Positions 9,193 through 17,509 of a stretch of 64,000 nucleotides of DNA are shown here, in pieces. Both the position numbers and the translations under genes were made by a program. Source of the DNA: Opitutia bacterium (GTDB lineage Bacteria > Verrucomicrobiota > Verrucomicrobiia > Opitutales > T3Sed10-336); the NCBI GenBank assembly GCA_050506795.1, contig JBJHCF010000001.1:1-64000 (forward strand), read 5' to 3'. Under the pieces are notes generated by a model. It was given only the letters and a program-made list of their open reading frames with translations, was not told the origin of the DNA and ran no database searches. Every line of letters starts with the position of its first letter. The first letter of the stretch is position 1.

Positions 9193-10358
9193 GTTTTCCT
9201 AGCGATGCGTTCAGTCGTCTCTTGCCGAACCCCTTGTTCCAGGTTGAGAACGTCCTGCAGGCCTCTTGGTTCAAAATTATCGAACCGATCGAGGGTTTTT
9301 TCAATCAAGCGGGGGATTTCCAGAAAATCGAGCCGTCCCTCAAGGAAGGCTTCGACCGCGGTTTGGTTGGCGGTATTAAAGATCGCCGGCGCGACACCTC
9401 CCGCCTCCAGTGCCTGGCGGGCCAGGCGAAGGCAGGGAAAACGCTCGATCGGCACGGGCTCGAGATCGAGCCGATGGGATTGGGCGAAATTCAACGTCGG
9501 ACGGTTGGTGGGAGTGCGCCGCGGGTAAGTGAGGGCGTGGTGAATGGCGAAGGTCATGCTGGGCGGGGACAACTGGGCGAGGATGGAACCGTCCACCAGT
9601 TCCACCAGCGAGTGGATCACACTCTGGCGATGCAGGACCACCTCGATGCGGTCGGAGGGCATGGAAAACAACCAATGGGCTTCGATCATTTCCAGCCCCT
9701 TGTTCGCCATGGTGGCACTGTCCACGGTGATTTTGGGTCCCATGGACCAATTCGGGTGCGCCAGGGCATCCTTCGGGGTCACCCGGGCCAGCTCGGTCAG
9801 AGGACGGTCCAGGAAGGCGCCCCCGGAAGCGGTCAGGACCAGGCGGGCCACATCGGTGGAGTGCCGGCCTTCCAGGCACTGGAAAAGCGCGTTGTGTTCG
9901 CTGTCAACCGGCAGCAAGGGTACTTTTTTCCGTTTGGCCGCTTCGGTGATGAATTGTCCGGCCAGCACCAGGAGTTCCTTGTTGGCAAGAGCGATCGGTT
10001 TGCCGGCTTCGATGGCGGCCAGCGTCGGACGCAAGGCTGAAGTTCCGGAGCTGGCCACCAGAATGATGTCGGCCCGCCGGTCGGTGACAAGGTCGATCAG
10101 GGCATCCTCGCCGCACGATGCCTCGGTGTCCGGGGGAAAGACACCATCCTTTTTGGCGCGGCTCCAGGCTGCTTCGTCGGCGAGGACCGCCCTGGGAACG
10201 GCGAATTCGCGGGCGATGGCGCCGAGTTCGCGCTCCCGGGTGTTGCCGGCGATACCATACAGTTCCAGGGTTGCCGAGAGTTCCCGCAGCACTTCCAGCG
10301 TATTGCTTCCGATCGAGCCGGTGGCGCCCAGCAGGACAACTTTCTTTTTTTCGGACAT
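9174..10358 (-). CDS. dxr: 1-deoxy-D-xylulose-5-phosphate reductoisomerase
   Basis: LGATGSIG, LANKE, PVDSEH, HPNWSMGPKITVDSATMANKGLE. Confidence 0.97.
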   Translation of the reverse strand: MSEKKKVVLLGATGSIGSNTLEVLRELSATLELYGIAGNTRERELGAIAREFAVPRAVLADEAAWSRAKKDGVFPPDTEASCGEDALIDLVTDRRADIILVASSGTSALRPTLAAIEAGKPIALANKELLVLAGQFITEAAKRKKVPLLPVDSEHNALFQCLEGRHSTDVARLVLTASGGAFLDRPLTELARVTPKDALAHPNWSMGPKITVDSATMANKGLEMIEAHWLFSMPSDRIEVVLHRQSVIHSLVELVDGSILAQLSPPSMTFAIHHALTYPRRTPTNRPTLNFAQSHRLDLEPVPIERFPCLRLARQALEAGGVAPAIFNTANQTAVEAFLEGRLDFLEIPRLIEKTLDRFDNFEPRGLQDVLNLEQGVRQETTERIARKTWKKTS

Positions 10359-10372
10359 CGGGTGCGCCGGGT

Positions 10373-11206
10373 TTATCCCATGACGAAGAGTTTGAGCAGG
10401 ATAAAGGCCATCGGAGCGCTCAGCACCAAACTGTCGGAAAGGTCGTAGGCGCCTCCGATTCCGGGAATGGTTTGACCGGAATCCTTGGCGCCGGCCGCGC
10501 GTTTGAAAAGGGATTCCAGCAAATCTGAGGGGATGGACGCGGCCGCGATGGGCAGGGCCAATCCGGCGGCGGCCAGCGGTGACATGGCTTCCGGCATCGC
10601 CTGACGAAAAACGGCGGCGAATACGCCGGCCATCAGAACGGAAGCGAGCAACCCTCCCGCCACTCCTTCCCAGGTTTTTCCGGGGCTCAGGGAGGGAGCC
10701 AGTTTGTGACGCCCGAAGAAAGAACCCGCCAGGTAGGCGCCGATATCGGTGAATTTCACGGTCACCACCACCCAGAGTGCCAGGATCAGGCCTTCAGTGC
10801 CGCCTCCGGGGAGGAGCAGGATCTGGCTGAAGAAATGCAGGGGAAACGCGACCAGGGCGAGGCCGAGCACTCCGGAGGAGAGGGAATGGATCCGGGACTC
10901 CAACGGGGCGGCCAACGCGACCAAAGCGAGGCCGATGAGACCCAGAGCGAAGAGGGACAGGCCGGTTGTGACCGGATCCCAACCCGCCAGGTCGGCGTAA
11001 TAGGGGACCACCAGCAGCACCGCGCCGGCGATCAACCCGGCGCTGCGAACCGGGCGGTCACCGGTTCCAACCAGACGGTAAAACTCGTACTGGCTGGCGA
11101 CCGCCAGAGCGGCGACGAGCCAGATGCCGGCGGCGGCGCCGAAGAAATAGAGAATCGCTCCGAGTGCGCCCCAGAGTGTGAACGTGCTGACCGTGCGGCG
11201 AATCAC
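10373..11206 (-). CDS. cdsA: Phosphatidate cytidylyltransferase
   Basis: Polytopic; DIGAY...SPGKTWEG...DLLESLFKR...KDSG..IPGIGG.YD. GTG start overlaps the uppS stop (GTGA). Confidence 0.93.
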   Translation of the reverse strand: MIRRTVSTFTLWGALGAILYFFGAAAGIWLVAALAVASQYEFYRLVGTGDRPVRSAGLIAGAVLLVVPYYADLAGWDPVTTGLSLFALGLIGLALVALAAPLESRIHSLSSGVLGLALVAFPLHFFSQILLLPGGGTEGLILALWVVVTVKFTDIGAYLAGSFFGRHKLAPSLSPGKTWEGVAGGLLASVLMAGVFAAVFRQAMPEAMSPLAAAGLALPIAAASIPSDLLESLFKRAAGAKDSGQTIPGIGGAYDLSDSLVLSAPMAFILLKLFVMG

Positions 11207-11964
11207 AACGTTTGGGCGGTTGCCGGAAGCGGCGCGCTGACCTGTTCGCCGGTTTTTCCGAAGCGGCGTTCCCGGCTCTTGTAACATTCGATTGCTTTCT
11301 GAAATTCCTCCCGGTCGAAGTCGGGCCAAAGGACCGGGGAAAGGTAAATTTCCGAATAGGCGGACTGAAGAAGGAGAAAGTTGCTGAGGCGGCACTCCCC
11401 GGACGTGCGGATAATGAGGTCGGGATCGGGAATGTCGTGACTGGTGTACAAGTGACTGGAGAAGCGTTCCCAATCGCATTGATCGGGATCTTCGACTCCC
11501 TCGATCACCGCGGAGCAGTAGCTGCGAACCGCGTCGAGAACTTCGGTTCTGGAGCCGTAGTTCAAGGCGATTACCAGGGTGCGTTCGGTGAATTCCGCGG
11601 TTTCCTCGATCAGGTTCCGCGTGCGTTCCGCCACCGGGTTGGGAAGTTCGTCGATTCGGCCGATGCAGCGAAGGCGCACCCGGTTTTCCAGCAGGTAATG
11701 ACGCTCCTCCTCCAGAAAATGGTACAGCAGCTCCATCAAGGCGTTCACCTCCGATTCGGGTCGCTGCCAGTTTTCCACTGAAAAGGCGAACAGCGTGAGG
11801 AAACGAAGGTCGGTGTCTCCGGCCGCGCGCACGATTTCCCGGGCGGCGTTGATGCCCCGGCGGTGCCCCTCGATGCGGGGAAGGCCCCGGCGTCGCGCCC
11901 AGCGTCCGTTTCCATCCATGATGATGGCGATATGGGCTGGTTGAAGACCTGAAGATGCTGTCAT
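11203..11964 (-). CDS. uppS: Undecaprenyl diphosphate synthase
   Basis: HIAIIMDGNGRWA, FAFSVENW, NYGSR, DLIIRTSGE.RLSNF. Confidence 0.97.
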   Translation of the reverse strand: MTASSGLQPAHIAIIMDGNGRWARRRGLPRIEGHRRGINAAREIVRAAGDTDLRFLTLFAFSVENWQRPESEVNALMELLYHFLEEERHYLLENRVRLRCIGRIDELPNPVAERTRNLIEETAEFTERTLVIALNYGSRTEVLDAVRSYCSAVIEGVEDPDQCDWERFSSHLYTSHDIPDPDLIIRTSGECRLSNFLLLQSAYSEIYLSPVLWPDFDREEFQKAIECYKSRERRFGKTGEQVSAPLPATAQTL

Positions 11965-11972
11965 AGCGATAT

Positions 11973-12014
11973 CCTAAAACCGTTTGTTTTAGGTTAGGCA
12001 AATGACGGGGTCAA
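11973..12014 (-). promoter_or_regulatory. uppS operon promoter (TTGACC-17-TAAAAC) overlapped by inverted repeat CCTAAAAC-N5-GTTTTAGG
   Basis: Read directly on the minus strand; inverted repeat at 11973-11993. Confidence 0.45.
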
Positions 12015-12099
12015 TGGTTTAGCCCAAAGGAATGGGAAGAATGATTAGCGGCGGCCGGGCGGATTTGACAGGATCACCCGCGGGGATCAGGGTGGAATC

Positions 12100-12414
12100 A
12101 TGGCGGGCCTTTTGGATGACGGTGCGATCGAAGGTGCCCTGGCGGAACTTCCCGGGTGGAAACGCGAGGGGGATGCGCTCGAAAAGACGTTCAAGTGTAA
12201 AAACTTCGCCGCAGCAATCGCGTTCATTGTCCGGGTGGGGTTTGCCTGTGAGAAGGAGGACCATCATCCGGATTTAAGCAACTCCTACAACCGCGTGACC
12301 CTCCGTTTCACCACGCATGCGGCCGGCGGCAAAATCACCGACCGTGATGTGACCCTAGCCCGGGCTGTGGAAGCGCTGGCGGGGGAAGGTGATACGCGGA
12401 TTCCGAAAAAATGA
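12100..12414 (+). CDS. phhB: Pterin-4-alpha-carbinolamine dehydratase
   Basis: EDHHPDL...YNRV...TTHAAGG.ITDRD. Confidence 0.92.
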   Translation: MAGLLDDGAIEGALAELPGWKREGDALEKTFKCKNFAAAIAFIVRVGFACEKEDHHPDLSNSYNRVTLRFTTHAAGGKITDRDVTLARAVEALAGEGDTRIPKK

Positions 12415-12451
12415 CAAGGAGAAATTTGAAGTCACTATCGCGCTTAAATAA

Positions 12452-12489
12452 AGAAACCGCCGGCCCGGAAATCCGGACCGGCGGTTTCT
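12452..12489. terminator. Intrinsic terminator hairpin between convergent genes
   Basis: AGAAACCGCCGG...CCGGCGGTTTCT 12-bp stem with T-rich tail on the minus strand. Confidence 0.75.
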
Positions 12490-12520
12490 GTTGATCGGGC
12501 CCCGCGGCCCGGTTTTCAGA

Positions 12521-15500
12521 CTATTCGTTGATCGTTACGGCCAACCGGATGAACCGTCTGGAATTCGCGCTGATCGCGACCGTGTCCGTGTAGGTCTCCG
12601 TCCCCACTGTATTAAAGGCAGGGAAGGTGTGCACGGTGGTCCAGCCCGCGTTCGGATCTTCCGTCGCCTGAATCGAGTATTCCACGTTTGGATCGTCGAT
12701 ATGGCTGAAGGTCAGGGTGAGGAAATCCCCATCCTGTCCCACGGTAACGGCCCCATGGGCGTCACCGGCCACCGTCGGATCGGTGCCCAGCGCGTATTCG
12801 ATGCCATTCTTGAACCCGTCACCGTCGAAGTCCGCGTCATTGGCTCCCGCGCCCTCGTTCGCCGGAGAACCAAAGAACTGCTCGCGCCAGGCGGCAATGT
12901 CGGAATCGGGAGGATCGATCGGTTCGCCCTGATCGGAGAACAGCACCTGGAAACCGTTCATGGCATTGATTCCCGGCCGGTCGGGAACCGGTCCCACCGT
13001 CCAGGTTACCGTTCCGTTGGCGGCCACACGCGCATCGAACGTGGCGATGGCGTCAACGTTCCACCGAATCGATCGTCCTTCTTCGGCCGTTTCCGTCGCG
13101 ATCGGGTCAAGCCCGAGGTGATTGTTGGCTTCCAACAGCGCCACGGTGGCGATGTCGTCATCCTCATCATTGTCGAAGGAGAAGGTACTCAATGGCCCCA
13201 ACGCGTACACCACCAACGTCAGATCGCGACCGGCGAAGGCCTGCAACCCGCCCAAGGTCAGCGTCATGGTGTTGGCGTTGTTGGCGAACACGTAGTCCCT
13301 CAGCAGCGGCGCGTCGAAGACGTCCTCCGCGGACAACGACTCCAGGCCGCCTCCATCGGGTGTGTCACCGGCTCCGTTGGCGCCGGCTATGGTGAAGGTG
13401 ACTCCGGAAAGCCGTAGCCCCTCGGAATCCACGAAATCACCGTAACTAAAGGTGCCGCCGCGGCCCCAGAAACGGTTCCAGATCGTGTCGCCGAGACCGA
13501 TTTCCATGGGATTGTCCGTTTCGGAAGCCGGAAAAACGAACGGCTCCAAACCGGTTGTGCGAAGACGCGCGTGACCCTCCATCCACTCATGGGTGCCCAC
13601 ATTCACGTCCACACTCAACAGCGGACGGCGATCATCGTCGACGACCACAACCGTGACCGTCGATTGGTTGGTAATCGTCCCCAGGTTCGAGTTCTCGGTC
13701 ACGACCACTGTGTACGATCCCGTATCGGCCGAAGTGGTGTTAGAGAGCGTCAGCGTCGGATTCGTCGCGCCGCTGATATTGGCGCCGTCTTTCCGCCACT
13801 GGTACGACAACGAACCGCCGTCGTTCATGGCCTGGGCGGTGACCGACAACTGGACATCGCCGCCCGCCGGCACGAACCGGTCGGATGGCCGGGAGGTCAG
13901 CAGCGGGCGGACGGGAGCGCCCGCGGAGGTGTTGACAATCGAAATCCCGGCGATGCCGCCAAGGTTCCAATCGATTTCATCCTGGTGATCCACCGTGATC
14001 GTGGACCCCGTGGCGTTCTCAAACCGGTATACGGTCGGAGCGAAGCTTTCCTGCGCCTCTTCGATAGAGGTCGCCTGGGCCAGGATGAACGGGATGTCGG
14101 CCAGGGTGGGATTCCCCGACAGGTTGCGGCCGAAGAGCTGGCGATCGCCGCCGGCGTCGGTCAGGGTCACGCTACGGACGAATCCGCCGTCCACGGGACC
14201 TTCCACCCCCATCGGGTAAACATAGACATCATAGGTGTTGTAGGGAATCCCCTGGATCGTCACCGACGAACCCCCACGGCCCTCGATGTAACCGTGGAAG
14301 ATCCGCTGATCGGCATCCTTGTCGATGAGCAATCCGCCGGCATTAACACGTGACGCCCAGGTGTTGGCGGAAGCCCAGGTCGCGGTCGCCGTGGTTTCCG
14401 CGCCGATGTCATTGACCAACGGGAGCGGCGTCGTCCGGGTTGCTACCCCATGCACGTCAGCCGAGTTGTTCCAGTTCGCGACGGGAATGATTCCGGCCGG
14501 GTCGTTGGGATGAATGGGTCCGATGTCGAGGTTCCAGGTCGGGTCAGTCGCCGCGCCCACGAAATTCAGGCTGATGGCGCCCTGCGAGTGGGAAACCACC
14601 GTCAGGACCGACTCGAGGGTCACCGTGGTCGCATCCAGACCGTCCTGCGTGGCCGCATCGTCTGTAATGGTCACCGAATACGTCCCGGAATCCGCAACTT
14701 CGAGGACCCCGAGATCCAGCGTGTTGGTGGTTTCTCCTTCGAGATCCACCCCGTCGCGCTGCCACTGGTAGGTGATATTGCCCAAGCCGGTGACCTCGAC
14801 GGAATAAGCGAATTCGGTACCGGAAAACTCAAGCGGCGCCGAAGGAATTCCCTCGATCACGTTGGGCGGCGGATAGTTTGGCACGCTCAACGTGGCCGCA
14901 TTGCTGGACACGCTGTCGCCGTCCCGGGACGCGATGACCCGGTATCGGTTTTGGTGATCATCGATACTAACCGACTCCAACGTCAGGCTGGCTTCGGTGG
15001 CCCCGGACAGATCCGCCCAATCGGAAGCACCCGACTCCAGGACCTGCCACTGGTAGGTCAGCGGGCCTGTGCCGCCACCGCCGGCCAAGGCTGTGAACGT
15101 CACATCATCGCCCACCTCCGCGATGACGTCTTGTGGGTGATTCAGGAAGTTGACCACCGCTTGGTGGAAATTCAGGAATTCCACAGGGGAAAGGGCCACA
15201 TTGCTGAAACGCACCTCGTCGATGTCCCCGTTGACCCAATCGCCCTGCGACTGACCCACGGCGTCATTATCACCCCATTGGCCTCGGCCGATGGTCCAAC
15301 GGGTTGCGGGGTCAGGCTGATAAAGCCCGGAGAAGCCATCGGCTCCCGAGGCGACCTCAACGCCGTTGGCGTACAGCGTGATCCTGCCCGCTTGGGAATC
15401 CCCGACGGCCGCGACGTGGGTCCAAACATTGTTCTGGAACACGAATCCGCTGTTGATTTCATACCGTTCCCCGCCGACTCCGTAGGTGACGATGCGGAAG

Positions 15501-17023
15501 ACATTCGAGCCGGAGGCGTTCTGGAAGTACATTAGCGAATCGTTGTTGTTGTTCTGCCGGCCGCGATCATCCCGCCCGACAATGGTTTGCCAACCGGCAA
15601 CATTATTAAATCTTACCCAGGCTTCGATGGTGAAGTCTTCGAACACGACCTGACTCAATTCATCGCCGTCGGTTCCCTGGATGGCATAGTTTCCTCCCGA
15701 CAAGTCAATGGAAAGGTCGTTCGCTTCGGCGGTCTGGGGAAGAAGGGAAACCGGAATGTTGCTTGAATAGGTCGGGCTGCCGATCACTTCCCCCATATCG
15801 CGGCCACCGCCGGAGGAGTCCTGGGCACCGGAAGCGGTGGAACCGACTGTTCCTTCTTCAAACCGGTAATGCGCTACGACCCCTTCGGGCTCGGGGGGTG
15901 TGCCGTCGCCGACCCGGAGAATCGCGGCGTCGCTGAACGCTTCGTTTTGACCCTCGGTCGCGACGACCCGGTAGAGGTTGTTGTGTTGGGCGACGGTGAC
16001 GGAGGAAAGGTTGAGCGTCAGCGAATCGCTGCCGGGAATCGGGGTCCAGGTGGTGCCCCCGTCCTCGGAGACCTCCCATTCGAAGGTCGTTTCCGATCCG
16101 CCGAAGAAGGTGGCGCTGAAAGCGACATCCTCACCGACCCAGGCGATAGCGTCCTGCGGGTGAGTTAGAAATTCGAGGATTTCGGAATCGGGGTCGAGTT
16201 GATAGATTCCCTGGCCGTCCTCGAAAGTATAGGCGAAGGCGTTGGGAATCGCGGGCGCTCCGTCGACGGTGATGTTGCCGCTGTTGACCAGCGCGGCGAA
16301 GTCGGATTCCTCCCATCCCAGGATGGAAATATATCCAGAGCCGCCGCTGACGAAGTTAATGGTCCCGTTGTTGCCGATCAAAACCTGCTCGAAACCGGTC
16401 TGGACGAATGCGCCGTCAAGGATATTGATCGTGCCCGTACCGTCTGTTCCGATCCGTGTGGCGGCGGGCGCCGAATAGGTGAACGTCCCGCTGTTGAGAT
16501 TGGCGATTGCCAACCCGCCGCCGGAACCGAACCAGAGCCCGCGGTCGCCATGGGTCTGATTGTCGTGACCGAAGGATACATTCAGATCGCCGCCGTCCAG
16601 ATTGATCGTCCCGGTCGAACCCGCGTTGTGTGAGACCCGAAAACGCTGTTCGCTGGTGCCGGAGAGAATCAAATTGACGGTGGCGCCGCCCGAAATGTTG
16701 AGTTCACCGGTCGCGTCGCCGAAGGCGACTTTCGAGTCCCACGTGCCTTCGTTATTCAAGGTCAGAGTTCCGCCGACAACATTGAGAATTCCAACCTCGC
16801 CGCCCCCGCGGGCAATGTTGAAGTCGCCGCTGGTGAGGGTGAGTGGATCGCGGTCGGCATCGGCGCCTAGACCGTCGTAGGTCTGCTCTTCGTTCAGGAA
16901 GGTCGTGCCGTCCCAGGTGAGCTGGGCGGGCAGACTGACGGCGAAAAAAAGCAGAGACAGGCATCCGAGTAATCCGGAGCGGGCCTCTTTTGTGAACAAT
17001 CTAGGGAACGGATTCAGTTTCAT
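12521..17023 (-). CDS. 1500-aa secreted multidomain protein (Gly-rich beta region, LamG, four Ig-like domains, PVC-type C-terminal domain)
   Basis: Signal peptide; LamG (VAHYRFEEG, FTIEAWV, WTHVAAV, GDIDEVRFSN); Ig motifs (YQWQ/YQWRKDG...GSYTVVV); C-terminal DFDGDGFKNGIEYALGTDP...RRFIRLAV. Confidence 0.8.
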   Translation of the reverse strand: MKLNPFPRLFTKEARSGLLGCLSLLFFAVSLPAQLTWDGTTFLNEEQTYDGLGADADRDPLTLTSGDFNIARGGGEVGILNVVGGTLTLNNEGTWDSKVAFGDATGELNISGGATVNLILSGTSEQRFRVSHNAGSTGTINLDGGDLNVSFGHDNQTHGDRGLWFGSGGGLAIANLNSGTFTYSAPAATRIGTDGTGTINILDGAFVQTGFEQVLIGNNGTINFVSGGSGYISILGWEESDFAALVNSGNITVDGAPAIPNAFAYTFEDGQGIYQLDPDSEILEFLTHPQDAIAWVGEDVAFSATFFGGSETTFEWEVSEDGGTTWTPIPGSDSLTLNLSSVTVAQHNNLYRVVATEGQNEAFSDAAILRVGDGTPPEPEGVVAHYRFEEGTVGSTASGAQDSSGGGRDMGEVIGSPTYSSNIPVSLLPQTAEANDLSIDLSGGNYAIQGTDGDELSQVVFEDFTIEAWVRFNNVAGWQTIVGRDDRGRQNNNNDSLMYFQNASGSNVFRIVTYGVGGERYEINSGFVFQNNVWTHVAAVGDSQAGRITLYANGVEVASGADGFSGLYQPDPATRWTIGRGQWGDNDAVGQSQGDWVNGDIDEVRFSNVALSPVEFLNFHQAVVNFLNHPQDVIAEVGDDVTFTALAGGGGTGPLTYQWQVLESGASDWADLSGATEASLTLESVSIDDHQNRYRVIASRDGDSVSSNAATLSVPNYPPPNVIEGIPSAPLEFSGTEFAYSVEVTGLGNITYQWQRDGVDLEGETTNTLDLGVLEVADSGTYSVTITDDAATQDGLDATTVTLESVLTVVSHSQGAISLNFVGAATDPTWNLDIGPIHPNDPAGIIPVANWNNSADVHGVATRTTPLPLVNDIGAETTATATWASANTWASRVNAGGLLIDKDADQRIFHGYIEGRGGSSVTIQGIPYNTYDVYVYPMGVEGPVDGGFVRSVTLTDAGGDRQLFGRNLSGNPTLADIPFILAQATSIEEAQESFAPTVYRFENATGSTITVDHQDEIDWNLGGIAGISIVNTSAGAPVRPLLTSRPSDRFVPAGGDVQLSVTAQAMNDGGSLSYQWRKDGANISGATNPTLTLSNTTSADTGSYTVVVTENSNLGTITNQSTVTVVVVDDDRRPLLSVDVNVGTHEWMEGHARLRTTGLEPFVFPASETDNPMEIGLGDTIWNRFWGRGGTFSYGDFVDSEGLRLSGVTFTIAGANGAGDTPDGGGLESLSAEDVFDAPLLRDYVFANNANTMTLTLGGLQAFAGRDLTLVVYALGPLSTFSFDNDEDDDIATVALLEANNHLGLDPIATETAEEGRSIRWNVDAIATFDARVAANGTVTWTVGPVPDRPGINAMNGFQVLFSDQGEPIDPPDSDIAAWREQFFGSPANEGAGANDADFDGDGFKNGIEYALGTDPTVAGDAHGAVTVGQDGDFLTLTFSHIDDPNVEYSIQATEDPNAGWTTVHTFPAFNTVGTETYTDTVAISANSRRFIRLAVTINE

Positions 17024-17509
17024 GTTTTTGCGGGTTCGGATTTAGTGGTGTGACAAATGGAAAGGAAACAAGGTTAGGCCTGCCGCCAAAACCGACCGGA
17101 GTCCGCGAGACGGTACCGTCGGAATTTGGCGCAATCAGGATCGAAAGGTGGGAGCTTTGATGATACGACTTGGCAACCGGTGATCAGGAAATATCTCGAA
17201 AGTGGTGTTTTCCAGGGAAGACGCGATTATAAGATGTCCAATATTGGAAGTATCTGCCAAACAAAGGTTTTAATATTTGAGAAAAGAGGGGAACCAAACC
17301 AATGTCAATTACAAAAGCCGCCGACCTCCGGGGTCCGGAAACCGCGTTACACTTGCATCGTTGACTGATTGGTCCACCGGTCGGTTCAAATCTTTGGTAT
17401 CCGGTTCCCATCGTCTTTGGATAGGGATTGAGATTGTCAGATGCCGTGTTCGGGATGCCGCAGTTTGCGGCGGTCGGTGATGCCGGCGGTTGGTTGAGTG
17501 ACCTTCGTT

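Noticed and set aside
17040..17135. c-di-GMP or other known riboswitch upstream of the large protein
   Set aside because: A stem is present but I could not match the conserved aptamer core.
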